DNA of 64,000 nt from positions 620,001-684,000 of the forward strand of contig NW_020845558.1 of assembly GCF_003704095.1 (NCBI RefSeq), written 5' to 3'. This stretch comes from Pocillopora damicornis (taxonomy: Eukaryota). The notes beneath the pieces are model-generated. The model had not been told where the DNA came from. It searched no databases and saw only the letters and a list, made by a program, of their open reading frames with translations. Shown here piece after piece: positions 1 to 11,435 of this stretch. The translations under genes and the position numbers were made by a program. Within the stretch, counting starts at the first letter, position 1. Every line of letters starts with the position of its first letter.

Positions 1-175
1 ATAGAGTATATGACTTGTGGATAACGTTATTGTTTCATTTGTTTTTTGGTGCCACCAGTCTTGAAACAGAATCCAGAAGTCGAGTATTAGTGTGCAGTTT
101 ATTAATAGGTGATGCAACGTTTGTTTTTCTGTATTGCATAGGTTGCATAAGGGGCTCTCTGAAATGCCGTCTCGG

Positions 176-377
176 TAAACCCTTAAATCTCTTATGGTGA
201 AGAGCATCACTGTGGTTTTCCTAATGAATCAAACTTAAGGCTCTTGAAAATAAGGAAATGATCAAAAACTTAAAAAACTCCTGTTTTTTTCTAAATTCTC
301 CTTGTCAGTGCTATAGGAAGTGTATAAAGAACTGTATGGAGAATATACATGCTAATGTTAGGGTGTAAAGGGTTTAA
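176..377. mobile_element. ~200-bp MITE, TTAACCCTT-terminated family
   Basis: Ends TAAACCCTTAAAT...GGTGTAAAGGGTTTAA; the body is a reverse-complement match to the copy at 52777-52993. Confidence 0.7.
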
Positions 378-1720
378 TGCGCTATATGCATTTTGAATAT
401 ATCATTCATGTCAAGCCGAGGTTTTGCGTTTTATTTGATAAGAACTAAGCGTTTAACTTCACTCGCATCTGTACTGTGTACATGTAACTATGTACATGTG
501 TCATGATGGTCGTTGGAAAGCACTTGGATTAAGAGATAGATTGTGTTACGTTAGCGAACTCAGGATCCAGTTTTCCAAAAGTTGAACTAGCCGCGAAATG
601 CTGTTTGTACATTTTCTCTTTAAAATTGCATTTTTAGAGATGCGTGGTACAAATTACGAAGAATAGTCAGTCCTCTATGAGAAATGCAGATCTTCCCAAT
701 GCAAAAACCCGGTAAATCTTATTTTGCATCTTGAAGGTATAACGAAAGCCAATTCCACTTTCGGTTTGCTTTACCCAAATCACTTACAAAACTTTTGCCT
801 AGGCACTCTTTATTTACGTTCTATCAGAGAATGACATAACGAAAATGATAAATTTAAGATTCAGGTGTTTTAACAAGTGGAATTTGTGATCAATTATGTT
901 TCTCTGTTGCCGACGTCATCAGTTAAGGGAAATGTTCGTTGCAATCAGTTTGTGCGTGTGTGTACCCACTCAGTTTCACTGTTAGCCCAACATAATGCAC
1001 TAATTAATTGAAAACTTCGAAACCTGAACACAGTAGTGTCGGAAGTACACGAATTATCAATCTTAGCAAATTAATGGGAGTCGATCATTGATATACATAT
1101 CACGTCACCTAGCACGTTCCAAATACTCGACATTAAGATCTGTCCTTCATGAGAAATACCAATCCCAAAATTGACTCTTCTCAGACATAATTAACCCCTT
1201 TATTGGTAAAAATTTTGCCGTAGAAAAATATAAGTTTGAAAGTTTTTATACCCTTTTTTTTTAAAATTAATGACTATGAGAACCGTGCATGTCATTCTAG
1301 TGATATTTCCCAAACCTTATCTCTTGACCTTCACTTCACTGACTAATCCTAAAAAATTGTGATAAAAATTGTCATTGAATGGGAATGCCATACCTAGCAT
1401 TGTAATCAATCAAATATTTTCTGCTTGCGCGCGATTAGTCTAAACGCATCACATGACTGAATACTTCCCAGCTAAAAATGGGGAATATCCGAGGATATAC
1501 CTCAAGGGATATTCCACAATTTCAAACCTTACGTCAACTACGACGAGCCTCCATTTAAAAGTTTATTCAAGATGACAGAGCGTTTTGGGGTTGTTACAGA
1601 AAAAGGGACATTTTTGTTTGTTAATGACGTCATACCAGAGAGTACTGAAAAGTGAACATCCAGGGCAGCAAACAGTATTTTTTCCCGCGTCGCAAAATAT
1701 TTGAAGGTATATATTTGATG

Positions 1721-1909
1721 ATAAACACTATAGCCTCTTTTTGGCGCGAAAATACGCTCGTATATTTGTCTTTGGACATTATCTGTTCCTCGAAGCTTGC
1801 AGTTTTCCACCAGCTTCGCTCCCGGAAAACTGTCTGCAAGTTGAAACAGATAATGTGCACGCACAAATATCAGTGTGTATTTTCGCGCTAAATGGAGACT
1901 ATTGTTTAT
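1721..1909. repeat. Long imperfect palindrome (MITE-like)
   Basis: ATAAACACTATAG...GCGCGAAAATAC...ATATTTGT...ACATTATCTGTT...CAGTTTTCC pairs with GGAAAACTG...AACAGATAATGT...ACAAATAT...GTATTTTCGCGC...CTATTGTTTAT. Confidence 0.75.
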
Positions 1910-2079
1910 TCTATAGCCTATTACTGATATGAATGAGCTGCCAGGAACAAAATTTTCTACCTGTAAGTCTGGTATCTGCAAGGATCTGTTCTTGACCTTT
2001 AAAGTTTTAAAGTCTTACATGGTTGTCTGGTTGATGACCGATAGGTAAAAGATATGTAGGTAACACAGGCATACTATAC

Positions 2080-3478
2080 CTTCTTTATAAACTTGCCAAC
2101 CAGTATGAGGACTGTAAATAGAAAATGGAGTCACAGAACGGATGAGGGAGGCAAGACCACCAACTTTAGCCACCTCTATAGCGCCATATACTCGATAAGC
2201 CACTGTCTTTCCATAACTGATCCACTTCTCATTAAAAACCATAATTTTACCCTTTGCCTGCAGGGGAAAAGAAATGACATAATCTAGATATACCAGGGAA
2301 GTGAAAAAGTGCTATAGTTACCCCGTTTGCTTTACTTTTGGCATTTTTTTAGGGTAACTTGACATTGACTTTCACTGCAATCATCGAAAGATTTTTCTCT
2401 TAAAATAATTCAGAGGGAACAACCTGCTGGCCACCTCTTTAGCCCAGAATCATGACAAGCATTTTAGTTGGAGGATATGATCTTCCATGGCTTTTGTCAC
2501 TCTCATCACGAAGTTTGACAGTTCTTGTTGGTGGCACCAGGCTAATTTACATTGTCATTTTTTTGTGGAAGTTAAAGTGGCTTTAAGGTTTGAACGAGCT
2601 CGCTGCATTTCGAATAAGTCCCAGTGGGTTCTCGCTGAAAGTTTGTCTCTTCACCCAGTAATCTGAATGGGTACAAGCGAAACCCAACCAGATGCGGAAA
2701 GTAGGTTATTTGGAATGGACTAGCGTCTCATATAGAAAGAATTTTATTACTCCTTATTGCTTCAAACTAGTCCAGGAGTTCAGATATGAGGTTAGGCTGG
2801 AACGAGTGGGTAAGTCATAAATGAGAGCTGGCATGGAGAGACGTCACAACTCTCTTTTTTGAAGATCCTATAAGCATACTTCTTGTATTAGGGATATTAC
2901 TGAATTTGGGCAACTGAAACTATGAAGTACAATTGATCTGTTAGTGCCGTTCGATTTGTAAAGTACGTTATAGTGTACGATGTACCATATACCTCGAAGG
3001 CCTTGGCATGAAGTTCATCAAATGAGCCCACAACCAAAACTTCTGCAGTGATACCTTCAGGCAGAGTACCTACACTGCCTCCGAGGCCAAGCAGGGCAAT
3101 AGAGTGATTCCTGGGCGTAATCATTTTGGCTGATTCCTTACCACGCACCCAGTGGGTTACATTCACTTCTTCACCATGTACATTATCAAGCTTGTCCTCT
3201 TTCAGTTCATCGAGCATGTAATTTATAGCATACTCCAGATTGGCAGAGCCTGCAACTCGACTGCCAAATGTATCGACAAATTTTGCAAGTCTGTCGTAAA
3301 CTTGATGCTTTCCTGGTCCTTTAGTCAAGAAGTCCATTATTTTGTTCGCTTCAACTTGATGATCGGTTATCTCATTCCTTATCATGTTCAAGGCCTTATT
3401 AACACTCCTGGCCGACACTAATGTTAACTGTGGTAGGCAAAAACAAGCAAGACATAGGAAAACGGCCCTTGACTCCAT
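2080..3478 (-). CDS. CPQ: Carboxypeptidase Q (M28 family) paralogue A; only coding exons 1-2 are in the window
   Basis: Exon 3478-2993 (486 nt: signal peptide, YDRLAKFVDTFGSRVAGSANLE, HWVRGKESA, LGLGGSVGT). Exon 2257-2080 (178 nt: AKGKIMVFNEKWISYGKTV...SLIRSVTPFSIYSPHTG). GT-AG boundaries and exon lengths match paralogue B exactly. No exon 3 or 4 found in 1-2079. Confidence 0.9.
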
Positions 3479-3934
3479 TCTGACTCTGTAATTCCAAGAA
3501 AAAGAACTTTGAATGGGGTCAACACAACTCCATCAAGTCAGCCCTGGCGTTAGCTAGTGACCACGTGCCCGGGAACTTTTTCGAGTCAAAGGCGTGAGAT
3601 TGTTATGTTGAGAAAATGCCTGGATAATCAGAGAGATCCGATATATTGGAAAATGCTTTGGATTTTATGAACATTTATGAGGGTGTATTGAAGAAGTCCG
3701 ACTAAAATTCATCAAACATTATTCTTAGTTTTATCTGCGTGGTTGCCCTTCAAGTAATTGTTGGGATCAGACTTAGTAAAGGGTGACCATGACCGCTTAC
3801 TAGAGGTGGCCGCTTAATACATATAAAATATTACACTCATCAAGTGAAGAAAATTTCGGGATGCTGAAAACCAACCGCTAATACAGGGTGACTGCTCAAT
3901 ACGGTGCCACTTATCACAGGTTTGGCTGTATTCC

Positions 3935-4900
3935 TTTTTCGGACAATATCTCAGCCGCAGGCATAATCAGCCGATACACCACCCGCCTGAAGGGGTTTAT
4001 TTACTAATTATAACCTCTTCCACTCTCTCATTAATTTTCACACGATTCTATTAACTGCTTTATGTCACGCGGTACAAATCACCGGATAGTAATTACGCAA
4101 TAATACCGTTTATGTCGATATTTGCGTTCCTATCATTTCCGTTTAGAAGAAACAAAGCCAGCAAGATAAAAAAAAGAAAAAAACAGCTCAAGAGTTTCAC
4201 TTTTGCACCTTTATTACTGTACATAAAAGATAAACGAACTTGTTTTGTTGACTCCAGTGGTATCGACATTAAAAAGCTGCTCTCAAATGCTGCTTCGGAA
4301 AGTACAAAAGGCAACAAAATTTTCGTGCGAAAAAGAAATTAATGGAAGGGTTATAAGATTAATAAAACCCCTTCTGGCTTGCTAGTGTGTCAGCTGATAG
4401 TGTCCTTGGCTGAGATAATGACCTCAAAATTTCGCATTTGCCATCAAAGCTTCGGCTCTCTGCCAAATATTCATTTCTCGGACAATATCTCGGCTGCGAA
4501 TATTATCAGCCGCCTGAAGGGGGTTATTTCCCAAGTAACCCTGTCAACGTACGTCGATAAATGTCCTCCGATTATTTTCCTTGAAAAGAAACAAAGATAG
4601 CGGAAAAAGTTAACTAAAGGCTTTCATCTCCATTATTCTTCATCTCTACTATTTAACACGGGAGAAAACGAACTCTTTTTGTAAACTCAGTGAAACTCAT
4701 TGAAAATGATATTTAAAAGCTGGTCAAAAATACGCATTTGCCATCAGATCAGCGCTGGCTTTTTCAAGAGTGCGATATGAAAATTAATGGGAGGGTTATC
4801 AAATAAACAAACACCTATCTGGCTTGCTGGTTTGTCGGTTTGATAATGTCCGCGGCTGAGAGATTGTCCTCAAAATTTCACATTTCCCTCGAGGCTTTGC
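3935..4900. repeat. Cluster of diverged direct and inverted copies of one repeat unit
   Basis: AAATTAATGG(A/G)AGGGTTAT...CTGGCTTGCT...GGCTGAGAT...CCTCAAAATTTC occurs at about 4336 and 4781. Inverted CGGACAATATCTC...CGCCTGAAGGGG occurs at about 3940 and 4478. Confidence 0.7.
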
Positions 4901-6967
4901 TTCTGGACCAAGCATACATACGTGTGTGTACACTCTTTTTTTGGTAAGAACGTTCAGAAATACAGGGAAATTACCTTAAGTTTAGTAAGTCCTTCTATGC
5001 GTTGGACAGGTCAGCACAAATGTCGTCCGAGTAATTTTCTAATCCCTCTTGGAGGTTGTTCAAGGTACTCATGTACCTATCACCTGCGTGAAACGTGAAT
5101 GGGCGTTTGGTAAAACGCGTGATTTCCGGTTGCAAGCTTCTGTTTCACGGGGAAGTCAGCATGTCAAGAAGAATTACATTTATGTATATTTTCTGATATT
5201 CATGAACCTTTCATTGGACTTTTGTAACCAAGAACCAAAACTAGCATTTCTGAGGCATGGAAGTCTTACAGGGCTGATGTGACGTGGAACATTTTGCTGT
5301 CGCGGGAAGGTGATTCGGTGAAAACTGACGTTAGAAGACTCTTGTTTTTAACTGCCACGAGAGGTAAGATTGCGATATCTCGGTATTTCAAAATTTCGCT
5401 TCAGCGGAGTTAGATTTTCAGACCAAGACACGCATCATTTAGAGTTTTATTCGTAACTTTCATGCATTTCTTCATTTCAGCGTACTCGTAGGGTGGTTGA
5501 CCTGTGTTTTGAAGGAGACAGGTGTTTTTAAACGTTGTGGGGGGGCGGGGTCAATCCTTGAGAAGGCAGTAGTTCCAAAAGCTCCTACTACGTATTATCC
5601 TAATGAAACGATTCGCGAGAGGATCATGAGGCGGTTTATTTCACCAAACCAATTTATAATTCGCAGGCGATAGTTCCTGCATTGAAAGAGGGAAGGAGCG
5701 AGGTCTGCTCCTACCCGACAGCCCCCTCGCTCCCTGCTGTTCGGTTAAGGTTTTGCGTTATCAATTAAACTTCCATGTGGTTTAATTTTAATTTTGGAGG
5801 TTCTCAGTGAAACCAGAAGAGTTTTGAAATATTGGTCTTTTGGTTGGCCTAAATTATCCCTCGGCGGTTTAAAAATCAACATTTTAGTAGTTTCCGTTGA
5901 AAAACAATTCTTTTATTTGAAAAATTCTGTCAATTACAAATCTTCCTCAAAATTTTGAAAGAGGGATTATCCCAGAAATAAAAAAATCCACATGTTGTTA
6001 CGTCCAGACAAGATTTTCCCCACAGAGATTAGTAAGCTTCAGCTATGAGTCAAAGCCTCCAAAGGCAGGATGGACTTTGATATTTGAAAAAAATGACAAA
6101 GGACCCATCTTCCCTGAAGGGGAATAGAGTATGTCTAGAAATAGTGACAGTAGTTTCACTTTAACAAGGGGAATCAACACCTTTTGCTGATGTCTGATGT
6201 CTATGTCAGCTTGGGTGCTATTGTGCTTGTGCCATATGACTACATAGTAGAGCTCTTAGGAATCCTCCTTGTACAGGAATTTGTTAAGTTGTCCTTGGGA
6301 AGCTATTGAATAGGATTGTAATGCCCCAGAAGACTTTTTCTTTCCCTGTACAGAGGACCATAACTTGCAAAACAGTAAGGAGTGAAATATTTCCCTACCT
6401 AAGTTTCCTAAAAAAACCTACAACTACAAAGTGTTAACTTAACTTAAATTAATTCACACCTTCAAAACCTGTTGATTTAAACCATGTTTAAGAGAACTCA
6501 TAAACCAAATTTCCCACAGGATTCAAGAAATGGCCAACTTCTGTTTTCAACGTGCTTCATTTAATGTCAACAAACATCAATTTAAGCAGCTTCTATGAAG
6601 AAAAAATTTTAAACCATGCTTTGGTGTGAATGGGGTATCATTTTAGTAGTATATACTTGTGTTTAAAAAAATATACTTTAACTACTAGAATCAAATTCCA
6701 ATGAACTATTCTATCTGGTGAAAGGCATGCAGTAGAATTAAAAAACATGTTCTCCTGTCTCTAAAGTATAGATCATGCCACACCCTCCCTCTCCTTTCCT
6801 ACCTAAATGTTCATCTCATCTCACACTAAATTATATTTAAAAAATATTATTTCATTTGCTTTAGTGTCTGTGTCTTGAGCTCATTGCTACCTTAAAAAAA
6901 GTAGTAAGACTTTTTACAATACTGAAAATGAAAGAGAACTACATTGGTAATCATAGTTCTGCTGTTA

Positions 6968-9900
6968 CTAGTTTCGAGGCAGCATTTCATCCAGATTGGC
7001 AACAGTGTAAGCCACAACAGTCCACACTGCAGCACACAGGTCCATGGCATCAGGATCCTGTACAGTCATGGTGTCACCATTTGAGTGGTGGAAATAGAAG
7101 TACTTGCTGTTCTCATTCTTCAAGCTTCCACCTGGTACCCCATCTTGGATCCAGAAGGTGATATCCCCACCAACATGAGTAACTGTTAGGTTAGTGACAT
7201 TAATTGGCTTCAACAGCTCCATCACATCCTTCATAATGACTGCTGCTTTTTCACTGCCTTGAAACACTATCCCTAGAGGCTTGAAGGTTCCAATATCAGA
7301 CTCCATCACCAAGCTGAAATTTCCTGCACTATCTTTGTGTCGGTTGTAGTATTGTTCTGCTCCAAGAAGACCCACCTCTTCTCCTGTCCATAGCACCATC
7401 CGCATTGTGCGTTTTGGTTTGAGACCTAGTTGTCGAATAACTGACAGTGCTTGCCAGGAAATGAATGCACCACCTCCATCATCCATTGCACCTTGACCAA
7501 CATCCCAGCTGTCAAGATGGCCACTGACAAGAACCACCTGAAAAAAAAGAGGACATCACAAATAGATGTTAAATACAATGACAAGATTCAGACATAATTG
7601 ATAAATCAGGCTCTGGTTATTTGCAAGGTGGATATAGCTATTCATTGAATAAATATCTAACTGGTGGACAGTGAAGTCTGTTTACAATACAATACAATTT
7701 ATTTTATGTCGGTAACGTAGGGGGTGGTTACCCAATCCCCCGAGCCTAATGGCTCATGTTGAAAACGCTCGACAGTTAAAGTACAGATGTGTATATAAAT
7801 ATATGTACAAGTTAAATATATGTATATATGACGAAAAAAAGAAACACAAAAATATCACCTAGCCCCCTACCCCTAGTCCTAATCCTGAACCTCCCCTGAA
7901 ACCCTACCAGCCCTAATCACCTAACTTGTAGCCCTAACCCTGAAGCCTAATTACCAATTCATAACCCTACCCCTACAATTGTATACTAATACATTTATTA
8001 CACTTACAGCCAAGCATAGTTATGCAAGATAGGCCAGTCTTAAATTCTGCTAGAGTAGTTGCTGATTTAACTGAAGATGGTAGCTGGTTCCAGGAATGAG
8101 AGATAATACATGAAAAAGAGCTATGAATATGGCTAGAGGTATTTACAGGCTGGGAAACATTAAGAGCAGAGGAGCGCAAATTGTAGCGACAGACCCTAGG
8201 TGTGAAAAAATTAGAGATATACGAAGCTCCCTGTAGCCTGTATGCCTTGAAAAACATGATTAAAGACGCAGTAAGTCCTGTTTTGTTAACACTCATCCAC
8301 TGGATAGTGAATTATCCTTTGGATAGTATTAAGCACCCTTTGACCAATTGGGCCCTGGTAGCCATTAAGGAAAAAATGAGCTCCATGAAATGCAGATACC
8401 TGTTCTGGATGCACGCTGCCTTCTATCTCAGCAACTGTGTTCCTAGAAACTACTTGTGGCAAATTTTGGGCTTCCATTTTCAAATTAACTATTATTTTTG
8501 TTCCTCTAGCAGCCATCCTGGTCATCATTTCTGCATCCTCTATTGTAATACAGGCTGTCGGAATTTTCTTCACTCCTGTGACAAATGACATCAATATCCA
8601 TTGAATTGCCATGCCCTACCTTGCATTTTATAGGCCTGTTTCTAATAAAAGTTAGATGCTTATAAAATAATTTTCAACCTGTATACTGCAGGTATCTGTT
8701 TGGTACAACAATTAATGCTTCTTTCTACATTATTCAAAAGATTGTCCAATTATAAATTTCAAATTTTTAAAGTCAAGTGACCCAAAGGGTTTTCTTCCCA
8801 TTCACAGACTTTTTTCTCTTTTTCTTATAACTAATTCTTGATTTGGTCAAGGCCTAGATGAAGATGCTTAAAGTTCTGAGATTTTGCCTTAATTTGTGCT
8901 TTCAAAAAATTAGAATTTAATCTCGAAGAAATTCATCTGACTCTCTCATGGTCTCAATTCCAGCATTTCTTTAGCATTGCCCTGTAGGTGAGAGACACTG
9001 GAGTATGGTGAGACCACATGACCACTGCAAAAAAAGGCTAGTAGGCTAATTAAAAAAAAAAGGCTTATCATATCTTATCATTTTCATGGTTGGTTAAAAA
9101 GCAATAGGTAAAGATAGAGAGGTAATATACTTAAAGGTTTTGATAAGTTTACCTTTCTCATAATATTGCCAACCAGTATGAGGACTGTAGATAGAAAATG
9201 GTGTCACAGAACGGATGAGGGAGGCAAGGCCACCAACTTTAGCCACCTCTGCAGCCCCTTGTGTACGATAAACCACTGTCTTCCCATAACTAATCCATTT
9301 CTCATTTAAAACCACAATTTTACCTTTAGCCTTTATGGAGGAAAGTATATTGCAATAAAGATATCATTATGACAACTCGAGTAGAGAAAAGAGTTGTTTT
9401 TTTACACAATATATTCTTTTGTAATATATATTTACTAAACAATGTCTCTGCCTTAATCTTCGAATTTGTTCTCATGCAAATACCAGTGAGTAAAGTAAGT
9501 ATAGCATAGAAGTAGCATTTATGAATGATACAGTTTCCTATGACTTTTAAATAACTGAAACTTCTGATGCTAGAAGTTAACTGGGAGCCAGTAGGGGGCA
9601 AGGGGAAAAAGAAATTCAGGAAGGATATGACTTGCTGTTTGGCAAGGAAAGTGACAATTCATTATGATGAAACAACAGTAGCATTTGCCCCCAAATTCCA
9701 GATCTAGGTCCTAAAAAAGAGAGCCACCACTTTAATGGTAGGTCCTACCTGATTTCTTATGAAGTTTTGACTTAACTATGCAAAAACAGAAAAAAGGAGG
9801 TAAGTTCCTAAAGAAACTGCATCGTTGCATCAGTAGGGAGAGGAAGGGGGGATTATGAGTTAATTTGAATTTATCAACTGAGTTGATACTACATAGAAAG

Positions 9901-10399
9901 ATGTACCATATACCTCTGAGGCCTTGGCATGAAGTTCATCAAATGAGCTCACAACCAAAACTTCTGCAGTTATACCTTCAGGTGGAGTACCTACACTACC
10001 TCCAAGGCCAAGCAGGGCAATAGAGTGATTCCTGGGCATAATCATTTGGGCTGATTCCTTACCACGCACCCAGTGGGTTACATTCACTTCTTCACCATGT
10101 ACATTATCAAGTTTATCCTCTTTCAGTTCATCAAGCATGTAATCTATAGCATGTTCCAGATTGGCAGAGCCTGCAATTCGACTGCCAAATGTATCAACAA
10201 ACGTTGCAAGTCTATTGTAAACTTGATGCTTTCCTGGTCCTTTTGTTAAGAAGTCTATAATCTTGTTTGCATCAGCTTGATGATCTGCCATCTCGTTCCT
10301 TACCATGTTTAAAGCTTTGTTAACATCCCTGGCTGATTCTGACATTAATGACAGTGAGCAAGTCAGAACAACATGCAACCAAATAATCCTTAGCTCCAT
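6968..10399 (-). CDS. CPQ: Carboxypeptidase Q (plasma glutamate carboxypeptidase) paralogue B, complete, ~469 aa
   Basis: Exons 10399-9914, 9330-9153, 8575-8400, 7537-6968. All GT-AG with consistent phases (486+178+176+570 nt). M28 zinc-ligand and catalytic motifs intact: SGHLDSWD, AMDDGGG, GEEVG, MESDIG, FHHS. A splice acceptor 7 nt upstream of the ATG implies a non-coding first exon. Confidence 0.95.
7607..8357. mobile_element. Palindromic MITE split in two by the LINE insertion
   Basis: Left half 7607-7683 (CAGGCTCTGGTT...AAGGTGGATA...GTGGA) is a degenerate inverted copy of the right half 8277-8357 (TCCACTGGATAG...CACCCTTTGACCAATTGGGCCCTG). Confidence 0.6.
7684..8270 (-). mobile_element. 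5'-truncated L2/CR1-type LINE fragment in CPQ-B intron 3
   Basis: ORF 7973-8296(-) has RT C-terminal motifs (YNLRS...SSFS...WNQLPSSVKSATTLAEFK). It is followed by a 3' UTR and an AATAAA-(TTGTA)n tail at 7684-7703. Confidence 0.8.
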
Positions 10400-10500
10400 G
10401 TTAACCCTAAAATTGCACAAGAAAAAAAAAATTAAGAAAAATCTAGACATGACAGTGCAAACACTTCACCCTACGTTAATTCTGCGCAAATGCTAGCCAG

Positions 10501-11249
10501 GAATTACAGTTAAATCACACCATGGTTCGATTGCTCCCAGTTAGATTGCTCCAACCAAAAGTTAGATCGCTCCATTTGAAAGTTAGAAAGTTACAAAGTT
10601 TCGTCAAATCAGTGACTTTGCCACCAACATAAGTTACTTGACTCCATGTAGAAAACTAAGATAATGGCAGCAAAACTAAGGTATTTAAATTGATAGTTCA
10701 TTAAATGACGTACATATTTTACTGAACAATTGATTGATATTGCTTGTGCATGCTTGAAATAAATCCGAGCTACTCAGAAAGAACAAGTAAAGCCTCATGA
10801 AAGGTATTCACAAAGTGTAATCTACTTTATTAATTAAAGATGGCAGATATCAGTTTCCTTATATCAAACTGCAAAAAAAAGCCACACTGGATAGTATTGG
10901 TATTTGAATGATCTTTTTCAATACACTTCAGACTATAACGTTATAATTTATTCTATGATCATTTATTCCATCATCACTGTACATCATACATCAGTAGCTC
11001 GGTGGCTAATATGAAGGACAGAGTGTATACGATGTACTTGAATTGTCTCAAGACACATCATCACCTATAAACTTTAAAGATCATTGGTAAGTAATACTTC
11101 ACTTTACAACATGGAGCGAAGTAACTTATGTTGGTAGCGAAGTAACGTATTTGATGGAGCAATCTAACTTTCGAGTGGAGTGATCTAACTTTTGGTCGCA
11201 GCAATCTAACTGGGAGTGATCTAACCATGGTGCGATCTAACTGGATACC
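10501..11249. mobile_element. Non-autonomous foldback-like DNA transposon with long, internally repeated TIRs and 8-bp TSD
   Basis: TIRs of about 145 bp (10501-10649 vs 11109-11249) built of GTTAGAT(C/T)GCTCC units. Exact direct repeat CTAGCCAG at 10493-10500 and 11250-11257. No ORF. Confidence 0.88.
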
Positions 11250-11260
11250 CTAGCCAGCCA

Positions 11261-11435
11261 TTAATCTTTAATGCTCTAACATCAGTTGATATATTCTTTA
11301 AATTCTTCTCGTTGACAACGAGAATTTGTTTAACATCAAAGCTTCTTAAGTTGGCTATCATTTCCATTTTTCTCATGCTTTAAATAAATGATTCTGCATT
11401 AATTATTGTAAGGAGGTATTGAATGCTGTCACTTT
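11261..11435. mobile_element. MITE, TTAACCCTT family (degenerate)
   Basis: CTAACATCAGT...AAAGCTTCTTAAGTTGGCTATCATTTCC...TTCTCATG body is similar to the copies at 22544 and 52777. Confidence 0.55.

Noticed and set aside
1538-1981. Overlapping ORFs on both strands
   Set aside because: They lie in a palindromic repeat and have no recognisable protein motifs.
8392-8399. CPQ-B intron 3 donor GTATCTGC as a possible U12 intron
   Set aside because: Does not match GTATCCTT, and no TCCTTAAC branch site near the acceptor.
10505-10600. Short repeats with spacers resembling a CRISPR array (also 12370-12451)
   Set aside because: Eukaryotic context, spacers only a few nt long, no cas genes; these are transposon terminal sub-repeats.
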